Source: Candidatus Caldarchaeales archaeon (GTDB lineage Archaea; Thermoproteota; Nitrososphaeria_A; Caldarchaeales; Calditenuaceae). Taken from it: a DNA stretch of 15,992 nucleotides. The notes beneath the pieces were generated by a model that did not search any database, was not told the DNA's origin, and saw only the letters and a list, made by a program, of their open reading frames with translations. The DNA lies in the NCBI GenBank assembly GCA_032249095.1, contig JAVVGN010000045.1, positions 1 through 15,992 of the forward strand, given 5' to 3'. Below are positions 1-7,988 of this stretch, piece after piece; the first letter of the stretch is position 1, and each line of letters opens with the position of its first letter. The translations under genes were made by a program, and so were the position numbers.

Positions 1-268
1 GTAACAACAGCATCAATAATCATACACCTAAGATACGGAATTTAGAGATGAGTTCACTGTATAGGTTGCACCGCTTTCGACTAGGAAGTGGGCCTCCTCC
101 TCACCTAAGGGTCCCCTAACCCTCCCCGCGATATACGTTATGCCCGATCCCTCTCCCACACCATCTCTAACCTCCCCAGCGTATTTAGCCCATTATTCAC
201 TGTAGCCGCCAGTATGCCCGCTTCAGGATTATCCCTCGTAGAGTAGCAGGCCCGTGAGGGCGCGTTTG

Positions 269-320
269 CGCATTTCATTATCAAGTAATCTTTACGCATT
301 TCATTATCAAGTAATCTTTA
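269..320. repeat. Perfect 26-bp tandem direct repeat (copies 269-294 and 295-320) in the vapBC promoter region
   Basis: The unit cgcatttcattatcaagtaatcttta occurs twice head to tail with no mismatch. Each unit contains an ATTA-n5-TAAT inverted pair. The second copy runs directly into the TATA-like tttatatt. Confidence 0.9.
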
Positions 321-324
321 TATT
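317..324 (+). promoter_or_regulatory. TATA-box candidate for the vapBC operon
   Basis: tttatatt is centred about 30 nt upstream of the GTG/ATG at 348/351. That spacing fits a leaderless archaeal transcript. Confidence 0.55.
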
Positions 325-347
325 AGTCTACCTCATATCTGTAGGTT

Positions 348-581
348 GTGATGACATCCTACGTCACCGTGTCGGCCAAAATCCCGCGGAGATTAAAGGA
401 GTTGCTGGACAGGTACAGGGTAAAGCCCGGGCCCGTCATAGTCAGCGCCCTTGAGAGGGAGGTAAGGAAACGCGCCTTTGAGGAGCTTGAGGAGAAGACC
501 CGTGACCTACGGGAGAGGCTCCAGCACATAAGCGACGAGGAGATAGCGCGGCTGATACGCGAAGATCGGGAGAGAAGATAG
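348..581 (+). CDS. vapB: VapB-type antitoxin, ribbon-helix-helix (CopG-like) N-terminus with a charged helical tail
   Basis: 77-aa ORF (ATG at 351 is the more likely start). The N-terminus VTVSAKIPRRLKELLDRY fits the RHH strand-helix pattern. The C-terminus is E/R-rich. The stop lies 4 nt before the PIN gene, the classic antitoxin-toxin order. Confidence 0.7.
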   Translation: MMTSYVTVSAKIPRRLKELLDRYRVKPGPVIVSALEREVRKRAFEELEEKTRDLRERLQHISDEEIARLIREDRERR

Positions 582-585
582 GGCC

Positions 586-975
586 ATGTTTCTGTTCGAC
601 GCAAGCGCCATTGCTAACCTAATCAAAAGAGGCATCTTCAGCCCGTTGGCGGATGGGATGACACTAGACCTTGCGGTCTACGAGGTGTTGAACGTTGTGT
701 GGAAGGAGAACAGGATTCTCAGCGTTCTGGACGAGAAGTCAGCCGCCAGGCTCGTGGAGAGCTTCTCGGAGGTCTTCGCCGTCGTACCTGTTGTGAGTGT
801 CAGGGGATCGGAGAAGCAGGTTTTCGAGCTGGCGGTCAAGGAGAACCTTACCGTTTACGATGCCGCATACCTCTACACAGCTATCAGGAACAGGCTTAAA
901 CTAGTCTCCGACGACGAGGAGCTTAGAAAAGTGGCTTCAAAGTTTGTTGAATCCTTGAGGAGCAGAGATTTGTAG
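586..975 (+). CDS. vapC: PIN-domain ribonuclease toxin VapC
   Basis: 129 aa. The N-terminal FLFDASA acidic motif, the internal LTVYDAAYLY and the C-terminal LVSDDEEL give the conserved acidic residues of PIN domains. The gene is immediately downstream of the small RHH gene. Confidence 0.8.
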   Translation: MFLFDASAIANLIKRGIFSPLADGMTLDLAVYEVLNVVWKENRILSVLDEKSAARLVESFSEVFAVVPVVSVRGSEKQVFELAVKENLTVYDAAYLYTAIRNRLKLVSDDEELRKVASKFVESLRSRDL

Positions 976-1201
976 CCGGGCCCTGAGAACAACGCAACTT
1001 AAAGACATTCTCTTCCCTAACTGCAGGGCTCTTCGCGGGCAGTCTCGGAGCCCCTCGAGGAGACTTTTGAGGATGGTCGCAGAGTTCCTTGCTGTGCCTT
1101 ACTGGCCAAGGCAGAGTAGACGCCCTGATACAGGTTGGCGGACTGGGAATGGCTTCAGCCGCGCGGAGGTTTAGGCCGGCGGCGCCTATGGTTGTTTTGC
1201 T

Positions 1202-2050
1202 TCAGAGTGTTTTGGTGGCGATGAGTCCAAGCTGTATGAAGAGCAGCCAGGGGCTCGATGCTTTGAAGAGTTTCCATGAGTCTTCCCTGCTCCTCGTTCT
1301 GACGAGCTTGATGGTGTGGTGTATGAGTAGGATGGTTGGCGGAGTTGTTAATAGCAGAAAGTGTGTCGGGAATCTGAGGGAGAAGCTGAGCGCCAGCCAT
1401 CCCGCCAGCAGCAGCGCGTTTGACGTCGCTAACGCCGTTATGGTTTTCTCAGGGCCGCGCGTCACCGGTAGCATGGGTAGCTCTGCGGCCCGATAGTCAG
1501 CCTCGGCCCTAATGGCGAGGGCCCAGAAGTGCCCCGGGGTCCAGAGAAAGACGAGTAGGGCTAGGAGGACTGCCTCCAGCCCTATTGTTCCCGTAGCCGC
1601 GGCCCAACCTGCCAAAGGTGGGAAGGAGCCGGCGGCGCCACCAATCACTATGTTAAGCTCGCTGCGCCTCTTTAGGATGATCGTGTAGACCATAACGTAG
1701 GACAAGAGCCCCATGAGGATCATGGTTGCTGTAAGTGCGTTGAATAGCAGCAGGGATGCTGTTAGGGAAGAGGCCGACATGATGATTCCGACGGCGAGGG
1801 CCTGGCGCGGGGTGATGCGCCCGCTGGGGACTGGCCTTTCCGATGTCCTCCTCATCCGAGAGTCTATGTCGCGGTCGAGATAGTTGTTGAGCGCGCTCGC
1901 GCCTCCCGACGCTAGGTATCCGGCCGCGGCTAGTAATACTGCCCCGACAGCGCCTCCGCCCCCCAGAACGAAGCACGAGATGGCTGATCCGACGTTGAGG
2001 AGGGAGATCTTTGGCTTGGTCAGCGCGACCCAGTCAGCCAGGCTTGCCAT
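1202..2050 (-). CDS. ctaB: Protoheme IX farnesyltransferase (heme O synthase), UbiA prenyltransferase family
   Basis: 282 aa, polytopic. The motif NNYLDRDIDSRMRRTSERPVPSGRI and the later TPGHFWALAIRAEADYRAAELPMLPV are the two signature Asp-rich and HFWALA blocks of CtaB/CyoE/COX10. ATG start at 2050. Confidence 0.9.
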   Translation of the reverse strand: MASLADWVALTKPKISLLNVGSAISCFVLGGGGAVGAVLLAAAGYLASGGASALNNYLDRDIDSRMRRTSERPVPSGRITPRQALAVGIIMSASSLTASLLLFNALTATMILMGLLSYVMVYTIILKRRSELNIVIGGAAGSFPPLAGWAAATGTIGLEAVLLALLVFLWTPGHFWALAIRAEADYRAAELPMLPVTRGPEKTITALATSNALLLAGWLALSFSLRFPTHFLLLTTPPTILLIHHTIKLVRTRSREDSWKLFKASSPWLLFIQLGLIATKTL

Positions 2051-2173
2051 GAGCCACTACACCGGGGATTGGGGCGGGCTCCCGAGACACACTGGACACC
2101 TCCGCCCCAAACATAGAGTGGGTGGATGGTTAAAAAATTCTCGTTGTATTGGGCGCGTCCAACTGTTACTTAG

Positions 2174-2607
2174 TGCTTTGCTTCTCTTCTATTTATGCTT
2201 TGTAGGTGGGATGTGAGGGCTTATGACGTTGGGCTCCTGATGGCTGGCTTGGATTATGTCTTGGACTTGATGGGCTTTGACTCTAGGTTTGTAAGGCTAG
2301 CTTGAGGTATGCTGAGAGCCTATCCCAGACACACCTAGGTGTCAGGATACCTAAGTCAACACTACGTTACTGGGAGGCTAGGCATGGGGACGTGGTTGGG
2401 GAGGTGTTGAAGGCGCTCCTAAGGCTGCTGAGCCTCATGGATTACGACTACTCGGTGGTAGACTCGACGAGGTTTACGGATTGGCTGAAGGGCCCTCATG
2501 AACTATTCATAGATGTTAGGGTTTTTGATGCTTGGGCCCTCGTTCGAGGCTTATTATACTGTAAGCCCAGTAGCGGCTGTTTACGTCGCATATCCAGGCC
2601 CTCGTGA
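2174..2607 (+). pseudogene. Truncated, frameshifted transposase relic (IS4/IS5-like DDE N-terminal part)
   Basis: One frame reads ...LDYVLDLMGFDSRFVRLA and stops at about 2299-2301. The next frame continues LRYAESLSQTHLGVRIPKSTLRYWEARHG...DYSVVDSTRFTDW, an HTH plus a first catalytic-Asp-like DSTxF block, then degenerates. There is no room for the remaining roughly 200 aa of a DDE domain before coxS. Confidence 0.4.
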
Positions 2608-2794
2608 CCCCCACGACTTTCCTCCTGACTATGAGCCCCTTTGGATGTATGTATAGGGTTAAGGCGTCGTGGGGCTGGTCCTCCTCCTCTACTGCCCGCG
2701 ATCCTATGAATACTTTGCTTTGTACCGATCGCTACACGTACATATACACCGCGCTAAAAATGTTGGGCGTTTGAGGCTCGTGCGTCTGCCCCGG

Positions 2795-3337
2795 CTATAG
2801 TGTTATGCTCTTCTCCTTCATCTCTTTTGCGGCCTGCTCGATGGATTTTATTATGTTTATGTAGCCTGTGCATCTGCAGAGGTTTCCCGAGATCCCCCAC
2901 TTTATCTCTTCACGGGTCGGGCTTGGATTCCGCATCAATAGGCCCAGCGCGGCCATTATCATGCCCGGTGTGCAGAAGCCGCACTGTAGGCCGTGGTTCT
3001 CCCAGAAGGCCCTCTGGAGCGGGTGTAGCTCCCCATTCTTAGCCAGACCCTCTATGGTCAGGACCTCCATGCCGTCTGCCTGCGCTGCGAGCATGGTGCA
3101 GGACTTGACCGCCCGCCACGTAGCCTCGCCCGGGCCCCTGATCAACACTGTGCACGCGCCGCAGTGGGAGGTGTCGCACCCGACGTGGGTTCCGGTCAGG
3201 CCTAGGATGCTCCTGAGGTAGTGTACTAGGAGGAGCCTCGGCTCAACGCTGTGGGTGTATTGGGCTCCGTTCACCTTCAGCGTTATCTGGACGGGGGAGG
3301 GTGATGGAGCCGCTCTAGGTGATGGGCGCCTAGGCAA
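2795..3337 (-). CDS. coxS: [2Fe-2S]-binding small subunit of an aerobic CO dehydrogenase / xanthine dehydrogenase family molybdenum hydroxylase
   Basis: Both Fe-S motifs are present: [12 protein letters not shown] (plant-ferredoxin type) and [10 protein letters not shown]...[12 protein letters not shown] start at 3337 with a Pro-rich extension of about 15 aa. The gene overlaps the upstream coxM-like gene by 8 nt. Confidence 0.9.
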   Translation of the reverse strand: MPRRPSPRAAPSPSPVQITLKVNGAQYTHSVEPRLLLVHYLRSILGLTGTHVGCDTSHCGACTVLIRGPGEATWRAVKSCTMLAAQADGMEVLTIEGLAKNGELHPLQRAFWENHGLQCGFCTPGMIMAALGLLMRNPSPTREEIKWGISGNLCRCTGYINIIKSIEQAAKEMKEKSITL

Positions 3338-4223
3338 CTGTCGCCACCTCCAGTGTTAATCCGGCCCGGCTCAACGCCTCCTCCAGGGCCCTCCTCACTA
3401 GGACCCTCGCCAGCCACTTCTTATATTCGGCGGAGCCCCTCAGGTCGCTGACCGGCTGAGCCGGCTCGGCCGCAACCTCCGCGGCCTTCTCGATCAGGTC
3501 GCGTGTAGGGGCCTTGCCTCTCAGCATCCTCTCAGCCCTGTCAGCCCTGTAGGGGGTTGGGCTGACCGCGCCCACCGCTATCGAGGCGGACTGAACGCTG
3601 CCTTTCTTCCCAGGCACGACGACCGCTGCCACGTTCACCGTGGCGAAGTCTCCCGCCTTCCTCTCGAACTTCTGCCAGGACCAGCCGTGACCAGGCCTCG
3701 GCTTAGGCACCACTATCTCTGTGACGACCTCGTAGGGCTTGAGGGCGGTGGTGAAGGGGCCCTTGAGGAAGCGCCTGATGGGTATGACCCTTCTGCCGGA
3801 GCCCTGAACGACGATGCTCGCGTCAAGCGCCAACAGAGCGACTGGCCAGTCGGCGGCCGGGTCGTTATGGGCTACGGAGCCTCCGATCGTCCCTAGGTTC
3901 CTGACCTGCATGTCTCCTATCCATCTAGCGGTCTCCGGGAGCAAGGGCACGGTGCTGCGCAACTCTTCGGAGAACTCAACCTCGCCATGGGTTGTGAGGG
4001 ACCCTATCCTTATCGTCCTGCCGGAGTCCTTAACGTAGGAAAGCATGCCCTTGAGGTTTTTCAAGTCGATAATTATCGAGGGGCTGAGGATCCGGAGCTT
4101 CATCATCGGTATGAGGCTCTGGCCCCCAGCCAGGACCTTGGCCTCATCCTTATGTTGCCTGAGAAGAGTAACGACCTCGCGCAGACTGCTCGGAGCATAG
4201 TAGCTGAACTTCCTTGGATACAA
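3330..4223 (-). CDS. coxM: FAD-binding medium subunit of a CO dehydrogenase / xanthine dehydrogenase family enzyme
   Basis: The N-terminus is (TTG)[16 protein letters not shown]...[16 protein letters not shown]. The [18 protein letters not shown] block is typical of CoxM/CutM FAD_binding_5 proteins. 297 aa. Confidence 0.9.
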   Translation of the reverse strand: MYPRKFSYYAPSSLREVVTLLRQHKDEAKVLAGGQSLIPMMKLRILSPSIIIDLKNLKGMLSYVKDSGRTIRIGSLTTHGEVEFSEELRSTVPLLPETARWIGDMQVRNLGTIGGSVAHNDPAADWPVALLALDASIVVQGSGRRVIPIRRFLKGPFTTALKPYEVVTEIVVPKPRPGHGWSWQKFERKAGDFATVNVAAVVVPGKKGSVQSASIAVGAVSPTPYRADRAERMLRGKAPTRDLIEKAAEVAAEPAQPVSDLRGSAEYKKWLARVLVRRALEEALSRAGLTLEVATVA

Positions 4224-4290
4224 GCGCTCCCTTCACCTGTGGCAAGACTCTTTAGATTCACGGTTCTTATATGTTTTATCTGGGGCTGCG
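4224..4290. promoter_or_regulatory. Divergent promoter region between the coxM-like gene and the methyltransferase gene
   Basis: Plus strand: cttatatgttttatc (4264-4280) lies 11-27 nt upstream of the TTG at 4291. Minus strand: aatctaaag (4247-4255) lies about 25-32 nt upstream of the TTG at 4223. Confidence 0.35.
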
Positions 4291-4905
4291 TTGGGTCGCG
4301 AGGGCTTGGGGGCGGGAGAGAGTGTTTATGAGGCGTCGGAGGATACTTGGTTGCTCGAGGTCTCGCTTCTGAAGCTCGATTGTAGCGGCCTCGCGATCGA
4401 TGTGGGATGTGGGGGCGGCGACATTGCACTCACTCTTCTCAAGCGGGGTGGCGAGGTGGTGGCGCTTGACATCTCGGAAGAGGCTGTGAGAGTTACGGCC
4501 AGAAGGTCCGCGCAGAACAGCTGGAGACTCCACGTCATGGTGTGCGACAGGCTAGCAGCCCTAAGGCCGACGGGCCGTATATCCGTCATAGCGTGTAACC
4601 CTCCGTATCTCCCATCGGAGGAGCCGGCCGACAGGGCGGTGGACGGCGGACCCTCAGGGGCAGAGTTCTCGCTCGAGCTGATCTCGCAGGCAAGGCCATT
4701 CCTAGATAGGGGGGCCCGCCTTGTCCTAATCACCTCCACCCTCGGCGGTGAAGACGCCATACTGGAGGCCTGTAAGAAGATAGGTCTCCGAACGGAGATG
4801 CTCGGCTCTAGGAGGCTCTTCTTCGAGGAGCTCCACTGCTACCTAGTCGTAGGGCGGGATACTGGGCCGGAGAGGTGGAGGCTTATAGCTCGGCGAGCCG
4901 CGTGA
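4291..4905 (+). CDS. SAM-dependent methyltransferase with an NPPY motif (HemK/PrmC/Mtq2-like protein glutamine-N5 methyltransferase family)
   Basis: VYEASEDTWLL near the N-terminus, the SAM motif I LAIDVGCGGGDIAL, an acidic residue after strand 2 (VVALDIS), and the catalytic IACNPPYLP. About 200 aa, as in archaeal Mtq2 homologues. TTG start. Confidence 0.75.
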   Translation: MGREGLGAGESVYEASEDTWLLEVSLLKLDCSGLAIDVGCGGGDIALTLLKRGGEVVALDISEEAVRVTARRSAQNSWRLHVMVCDRLAALRPTGRISVIACNPPYLPSEEPADRAVDGGPSGAEFSLELISQARPFLDRGARLVLITSTLGGEDAILEACKKIGLRTEMLGSRRLFFEELHCYLVVGRDTGPERWRLIARRAA

Positions 4906-6550
4906 TGACATCTCTATAGATGTCTTTGGAGGCCATGTCCTCTATCAGTAGAATGCCGTACTGGGAGGCTAGGAACTTCGCGTCTTCGCTAAGCTTCCGC
5001 ATTGATAGGAGGGCGACCCTCTCGAGTCTCAAGTCTGACTTGACGAATATGAGTCGTATTATGCTGTTGACGGACAGCCCCTCACCTAGGTCTTGGAGGA
5101 AAAAGACTGCGCGGTCAAGCTTACCCTCCCTCCCGAAGAGTAGGTCGATGCGGTGCGTCACCTTGGAGGCGCCCACGACCCTCGAGTTGACCCGCGCCTC
5201 GAACCCCCTTCTTCTCAGCTCCTCCGCGATTGTCCGCATGGGCTTGCTCCGCTCCTGTAAAGCGTTTATTACCTCGGGGTTTACTGTGTATCTGTAGAAG
5301 GTCCTGAACTCGAAGCTACTCATGTCGTAGTCTATGCCACATATTAGGCACCTGAAGGTGATGTTGGGGTCTAGGCTCACCTCGTTGCAGTCGAAGCACG
5401 TGAAGAAGGTTGAGTGGACCTTGAGGACCTCGGCCCCACCCTCCTCTAGGGGGCTCGCGGTTATCCTGACCTGGGAGCCACATCTCGGACAGATCGTTCT
5501 CTCACCCGCGACGAAGCTGGTCTCCGGGCCGAGGTATCCGCAGGCCTCGTGTTGCATGACCCTCTGCCTCCCAATATTTACCGAGCCGCACGCCTTGCAT
5601 CGCAGATTCATCGTGTGAAGCGCGCTCTGGCAGTGGGGGCAGACGATCTTCTTGAACTCTACCCCCGCGACCCGCACAACGTTCTTGTCCTGAAGCCTCC
5701 TGAGCAGCCGCATGACGATACCGGTCTCCACGCCGAGCCTCGACTCGATTGAGGGGAAAGACCCGCCCTCTGGGGAAGTGTTATTCGGGAGGGGGACGAT
5801 CTCGCTCAGCCCCTCATCAACAATAATGTCGAGAAGCATCTCCTCAAGCTCGTCTAGGCTGGGCGCTGGGGTGGCGCGTGCCGTGATATCTACGCCCTCC
5901 TCCTCACGTAATGCGCCGGTCTCCACGAGGGGCGGCCCAGGCACCTCCTCCTCAGGGGCCGCTGTCTCGGCAGGGCCGGACTCCGCTGTTTCGCCCGTAG
6001 ACTCCGCGCCGGCAACCTGTGGTGACGTGGCTGGGGCCTGGCTCGGCTGGGCGGTTGGCTGTGGAGCCTCCATGACGGTTCCGCCTGAGGGTGGGGGCGC
6101 GGTCGGAGTCGAGGGCTGCTGCATAGCGGCGGACTCCATCTGAGTCTGCGGCCTCGGGGCCCTTGCAGCGACTAGGTAGAGGATGGTCGGCTTGAGCCCG
6201 TACGCCACGCCAACCCCGGCCGTGATAGCTAGATAGGGGGCCAGGGGGAGAATAATCCCGGCGATGTCTGTCGCTGGAGGGGGTAGGATAATGAGCGCGA
6301 CGACCCAGCCGGCGGCCGAGCCTACGAGGAGTATGACCAGCTCGCGGGCGAGGCGCCACGATATAAGCCCGTTCAGGACTCCCAGCAGGAGCCCCGTCGA
6401 CAGGCTGGACAGGAGTCCCCGGACAGACGCCTCGACGGCGAGCGCCGCGTATATGATGGGTTGGAAGAACCCCCACCCCACAACCCAGAGGACAAACGAG
6501 ATGGCTAAGGCAAGCATCGTCCGGAGGATTAGGCCCGAGACTATGCTCAT
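4883..6550 (-). CDS. Polytopic membrane protein fused to a disordered P/A/T/Q-rich linker, a winged-helix-like segment, three zinc ribbons and a C-terminal alpha/beta (restriction-endonuclease-like?) domain; putative membrane-tethered regulator
   Basis: 555 aa. Residues 1-130 form 4-5 hydrophobic helices. Residues 131-225 are low complexity (APRPQTQ...PSTPTAPPPSGG...). Residues 262-300 read SFPSIESRLGVETGIVMRLLRRLQDKNVVRV. Cys pairs are C304xxC-x10-C318xxC, H334/C337...C354xxC, and C385xxC-x12-C401xxC. The tail is IAEELRRRGFEARV...THRIDLLF...AVFFLQD...LIFVKSD. Confidence 0.75.
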   Translation of the reverse strand: MSIVSGLILRTMLALAISFVLWVVGWGFFQPIIYAALAVEASVRGLLSSLSTGLLLGVLNGLISWRLARELVILLVGSAAGWVVALIILPPPATDIAGIILPLAPYLAITAGVGVAYGLKPTILYLVAARAPRPQTQMESAAMQQPSTPTAPPPSGGTVMEAPQPTAQPSQAPATSPQVAGAESTGETAESGPAETAAPEEEVPGPPLVETGALREEEGVDITARATPAPSLDELEEMLLDIIVDEGLSEIVPLPNNTSPEGGSFPSIESRLGVETGIVMRLLRRLQDKNVVRVAGVEFKKIVCPHCQSALHTMNLRCKACGSVNIGRQRVMQHEACGYLGPETSFVAGERTICPRCGSQVRITASPLEEGGAEVLKVHSTFFTCFDCNEVSLDPNITFRCLICGIDYDMSSFEFRTFYRYTVNPEVINALQERSKPMRTIAEELRRRGFEARVNSRVVGASKVTHRIDLLFGREGKLDRAVFFLQDLGEGLSVNSIIRLIFVKSDLRLERVALLSMRKLSEDAKFLASQYGILLIEDMASKDIYRDVITRLAEL

Positions 6551-6639
6551 GGTGCTAACGACACCGCTGACCGAGAATTACCAGTTCATGGTATATGAAT
6601 CTTTTGGGCGATGTTAAACAAGCGGTCTCCAGGGCGTGC

Positions 6640-7986
6640 TCACCCCCCACACTCTAGGGCCTGCATCTCGGTCGTCTGTATGGTCTCGATGGAGACGACG
6701 GGGACCACCACTGTGATGATCGTGATGGTTGAGGTCGTCACGTTGAGCGATCTGACGAGGGTTTCCCTCCTGAGGAGGCATACGTCTATGTAGCCCGTCG
6801 TTGTGAGGGAGGTCCTGGGGTCTGAGGTGTCTACTGTGAAGCTGCCGGGCACCTCGATGCTTCCCTCGGGGACGTGGAGCACGTACCTGTAATTCGTGGG
6901 CGGGCTGTAGGGTACCTCGCAGATGAAGACGGCTGATGCGCTATCACCCGGGTTAAGCCTCGATATGCGGACCTCTAGTGGGCTACTGCAAGTGAATCCC
7001 ACCGGATCAAGCCTCACGGTTGCGTTCAGCGTGGGGCCGGGCACGGCAGAGTCGTAGGCCAGTACGAAGGAGATGTTGACGAGGGCGGTGGGGGTGTTTG
7101 TCGTGTTGAAGATTATCAGCCTCGGCACCGGGTTAGTGATCCTCAGTATTAGGGGCCAAGAGTGCTGGGTGACGTTGAAGCGGAGCAGGACGTGGCTGTC
7201 TACCACGACGCTTCTTGCGTAGAGGGGAATGATTGCTGCCCAGCTCCCGTCGTTCCTCATCACCTCTGCCATGACGTTGTACCTCCCGGGAGCGACGTTG
7301 AAGACGAAGACCTCTTCCCTCCCGATCCTACCCGTGCTGGACCCTAGATCTCGAACCTCGACGTACCTCTTGACCCAGAGCTCGGCCCTGCAGAAGTCTA
7401 GGCTGCTCTCGGATGATGATGGGAGAACGCATCCGTCGCCCTCCGTAGCCACCCTGACGCGGTAGACGCTGGAGACGCTTAGGTTGGTCAGCGAGATCAT
7501 GAGGAGGTAGGGCAGCTTCTTTGGGCCTATCTCGTAGGGCGAGACAAAGGAGTTGCCCCTCGCGGTGGCGAGCCGCACCCTGATCAGCTCGTTCGGCTGG
7601 AGCTGATAGTTGAGCCTCACGACGCTCCTCTCACCCGGCGCGAGGATTATGGGTTGTTCCGAGGCCCTGAGGACTCCGTTGATCGTACTCTCGATATAGA
7701 TGGCTTGGACCGTGGTTTCTATCGGCGAGCTGTTCGTGATGTTGAGGACGGGCTGGTATTGGCCCGGCGAGTCGGCGGCGCTGCTCAGGGTGAGGGACAT
7801 GTCGAGCTTCTCCCTAAGCTTCTCAGCCTCAAAGATGAGGCGCCTGTTGACAGAGTCCATATACATTGTTTGGAGCTGCTGCATGTAGATCCACATAGGT
7901 ATCACTATCGTGAAAAAGACGAGTAGGCCGATGACTGTTCCCAGGACCGCGGAGACGCCTGCCCCCTTCCTACGAGTTCTCGCCAT
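6640..7986 (-). CDS. Large type IV pilin-like (class III signal peptide) surface protein, family B
   Basis: The N-terminus MARTRRKG/AGVSAVLGTVIGLLVFFTIVIPMWIYM has a basic leader, Gly, then a hydrophobic helix of about 22 aa. It is a clear paralogue of the 396-aa protein (AGVS...FFT..VP..YM; NxSP..I; ATARGNSFVS versus VTERGRLFAS). It has many N-x-S/T sequons. ATG start with gggggtga 9 nt upstream. Confidence 0.75.
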   Translation of the reverse strand: MARTRRKGAGVSAVLGTVIGLLVFFTIVIPMWIYMQQLQTMYMDSVNRRLIFEAEKLREKLDMSLTLSSAADSPGQYQPVLNITNSSPIETTVQAIYIESTINGVLRASEQPIILAPGERSVVRLNYQLQPNELIRVRLATARGNSFVSPYEIGPKKLPYLLMISLTNLSVSSVYRVRVATEGDGCVLPSSSESSLDFCRAELWVKRYVEVRDLGSSTGRIGREEVFVFNVAPGRYNVMAEVMRNDGSWAAIIPLYARSVVVDSHVLLRFNVTQHSWPLILRITNPVPRLIIFNTTNTPTALVNISFVLAYDSAVPGPTLNATVRLDPVGFTCSSPLEVRISRLNPGDSASAVFICEVPYSPPTNYRYVLHVPEGSIEVPGSFTVDTSDPRTSLTTTGYIDVCLLRRETLVRSLNVTTSTITIITVVVPVVSIETIQTTEMQALECGG

Positions 7987-7988
7987 GG

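Noticed and set aside
269-320. Whether the 26-bp direct repeat could be a minimal CRISPR array.
   Set aside because: The two copies are directly adjacent with no spacer, there are only two, and they overlap a TATA box. This is a promoter or operator duplication, not a CRISPR array.
348-354. C-box-like GTGATGA motifs at 348-354 and 4902-4908 (also ATGATGA at 7414-7420 and 14361-14367), as possible C/D-box sRNAs.
   Set aside because: No CTGA D box or D-prime box is found at the expected distance of 12 nt or about 50-60 nt. All the motifs lie within or at the ends of coding sequences.
976-1201. The 225-nt convergent spacer between vapC and ctaB, as a possible small gene or pseudogene.
   Set aside because: The best minus-strand frame is open for only about 45 codons without a start codon and has no recognisable motif. 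Nothing here can be supported.
1089-1976. ORFs 1089-1496 (+), 1155-1400 (-), 1653-1976 (-) and 1884-2216 (+), all overlapping ctaB.
   Set aside because: All lie within or antisense to the strongly supported heme O synthase frame. Their Arg/Pro/Ala-rich composition is typical of off-frame translation of high-GC DNA.
2800-4429. Antisense and off-frame ORFs inside the coxS-like and coxM-like genes and the divergent promoter (2800-3042, 2868-3221, 3687-3896, 3814-4038, 3987-4331, 4103-4429).
   Set aside because: The CoxS and CoxM frames carry unambiguous cofactor-binding motifs, and the overlapping ORFs have none.
4883-5260. Calling the C-terminal domain of the 555-aa protein an active PD-(D/E)xK nuclease.
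   Set aside because: I can see the alpha-beta-beta-beta pattern and a conserved Asp (HRIDLLF) but no convincing (D/E)xK triad. Only a fold-level resemblance is proposed.
5334-6617. Several ORFs overlapping the 555-aa gene (5334-5618, 5549-5752, 5712-6143, 5952-6476, 6264-6617).
   Set aside because: They are alternative frames of a GC-rich, low-complexity linker region. They lack start context and recognisable motifs, whereas the 555-aa frame has TM helices, Cys pairs and a coherent domain order.
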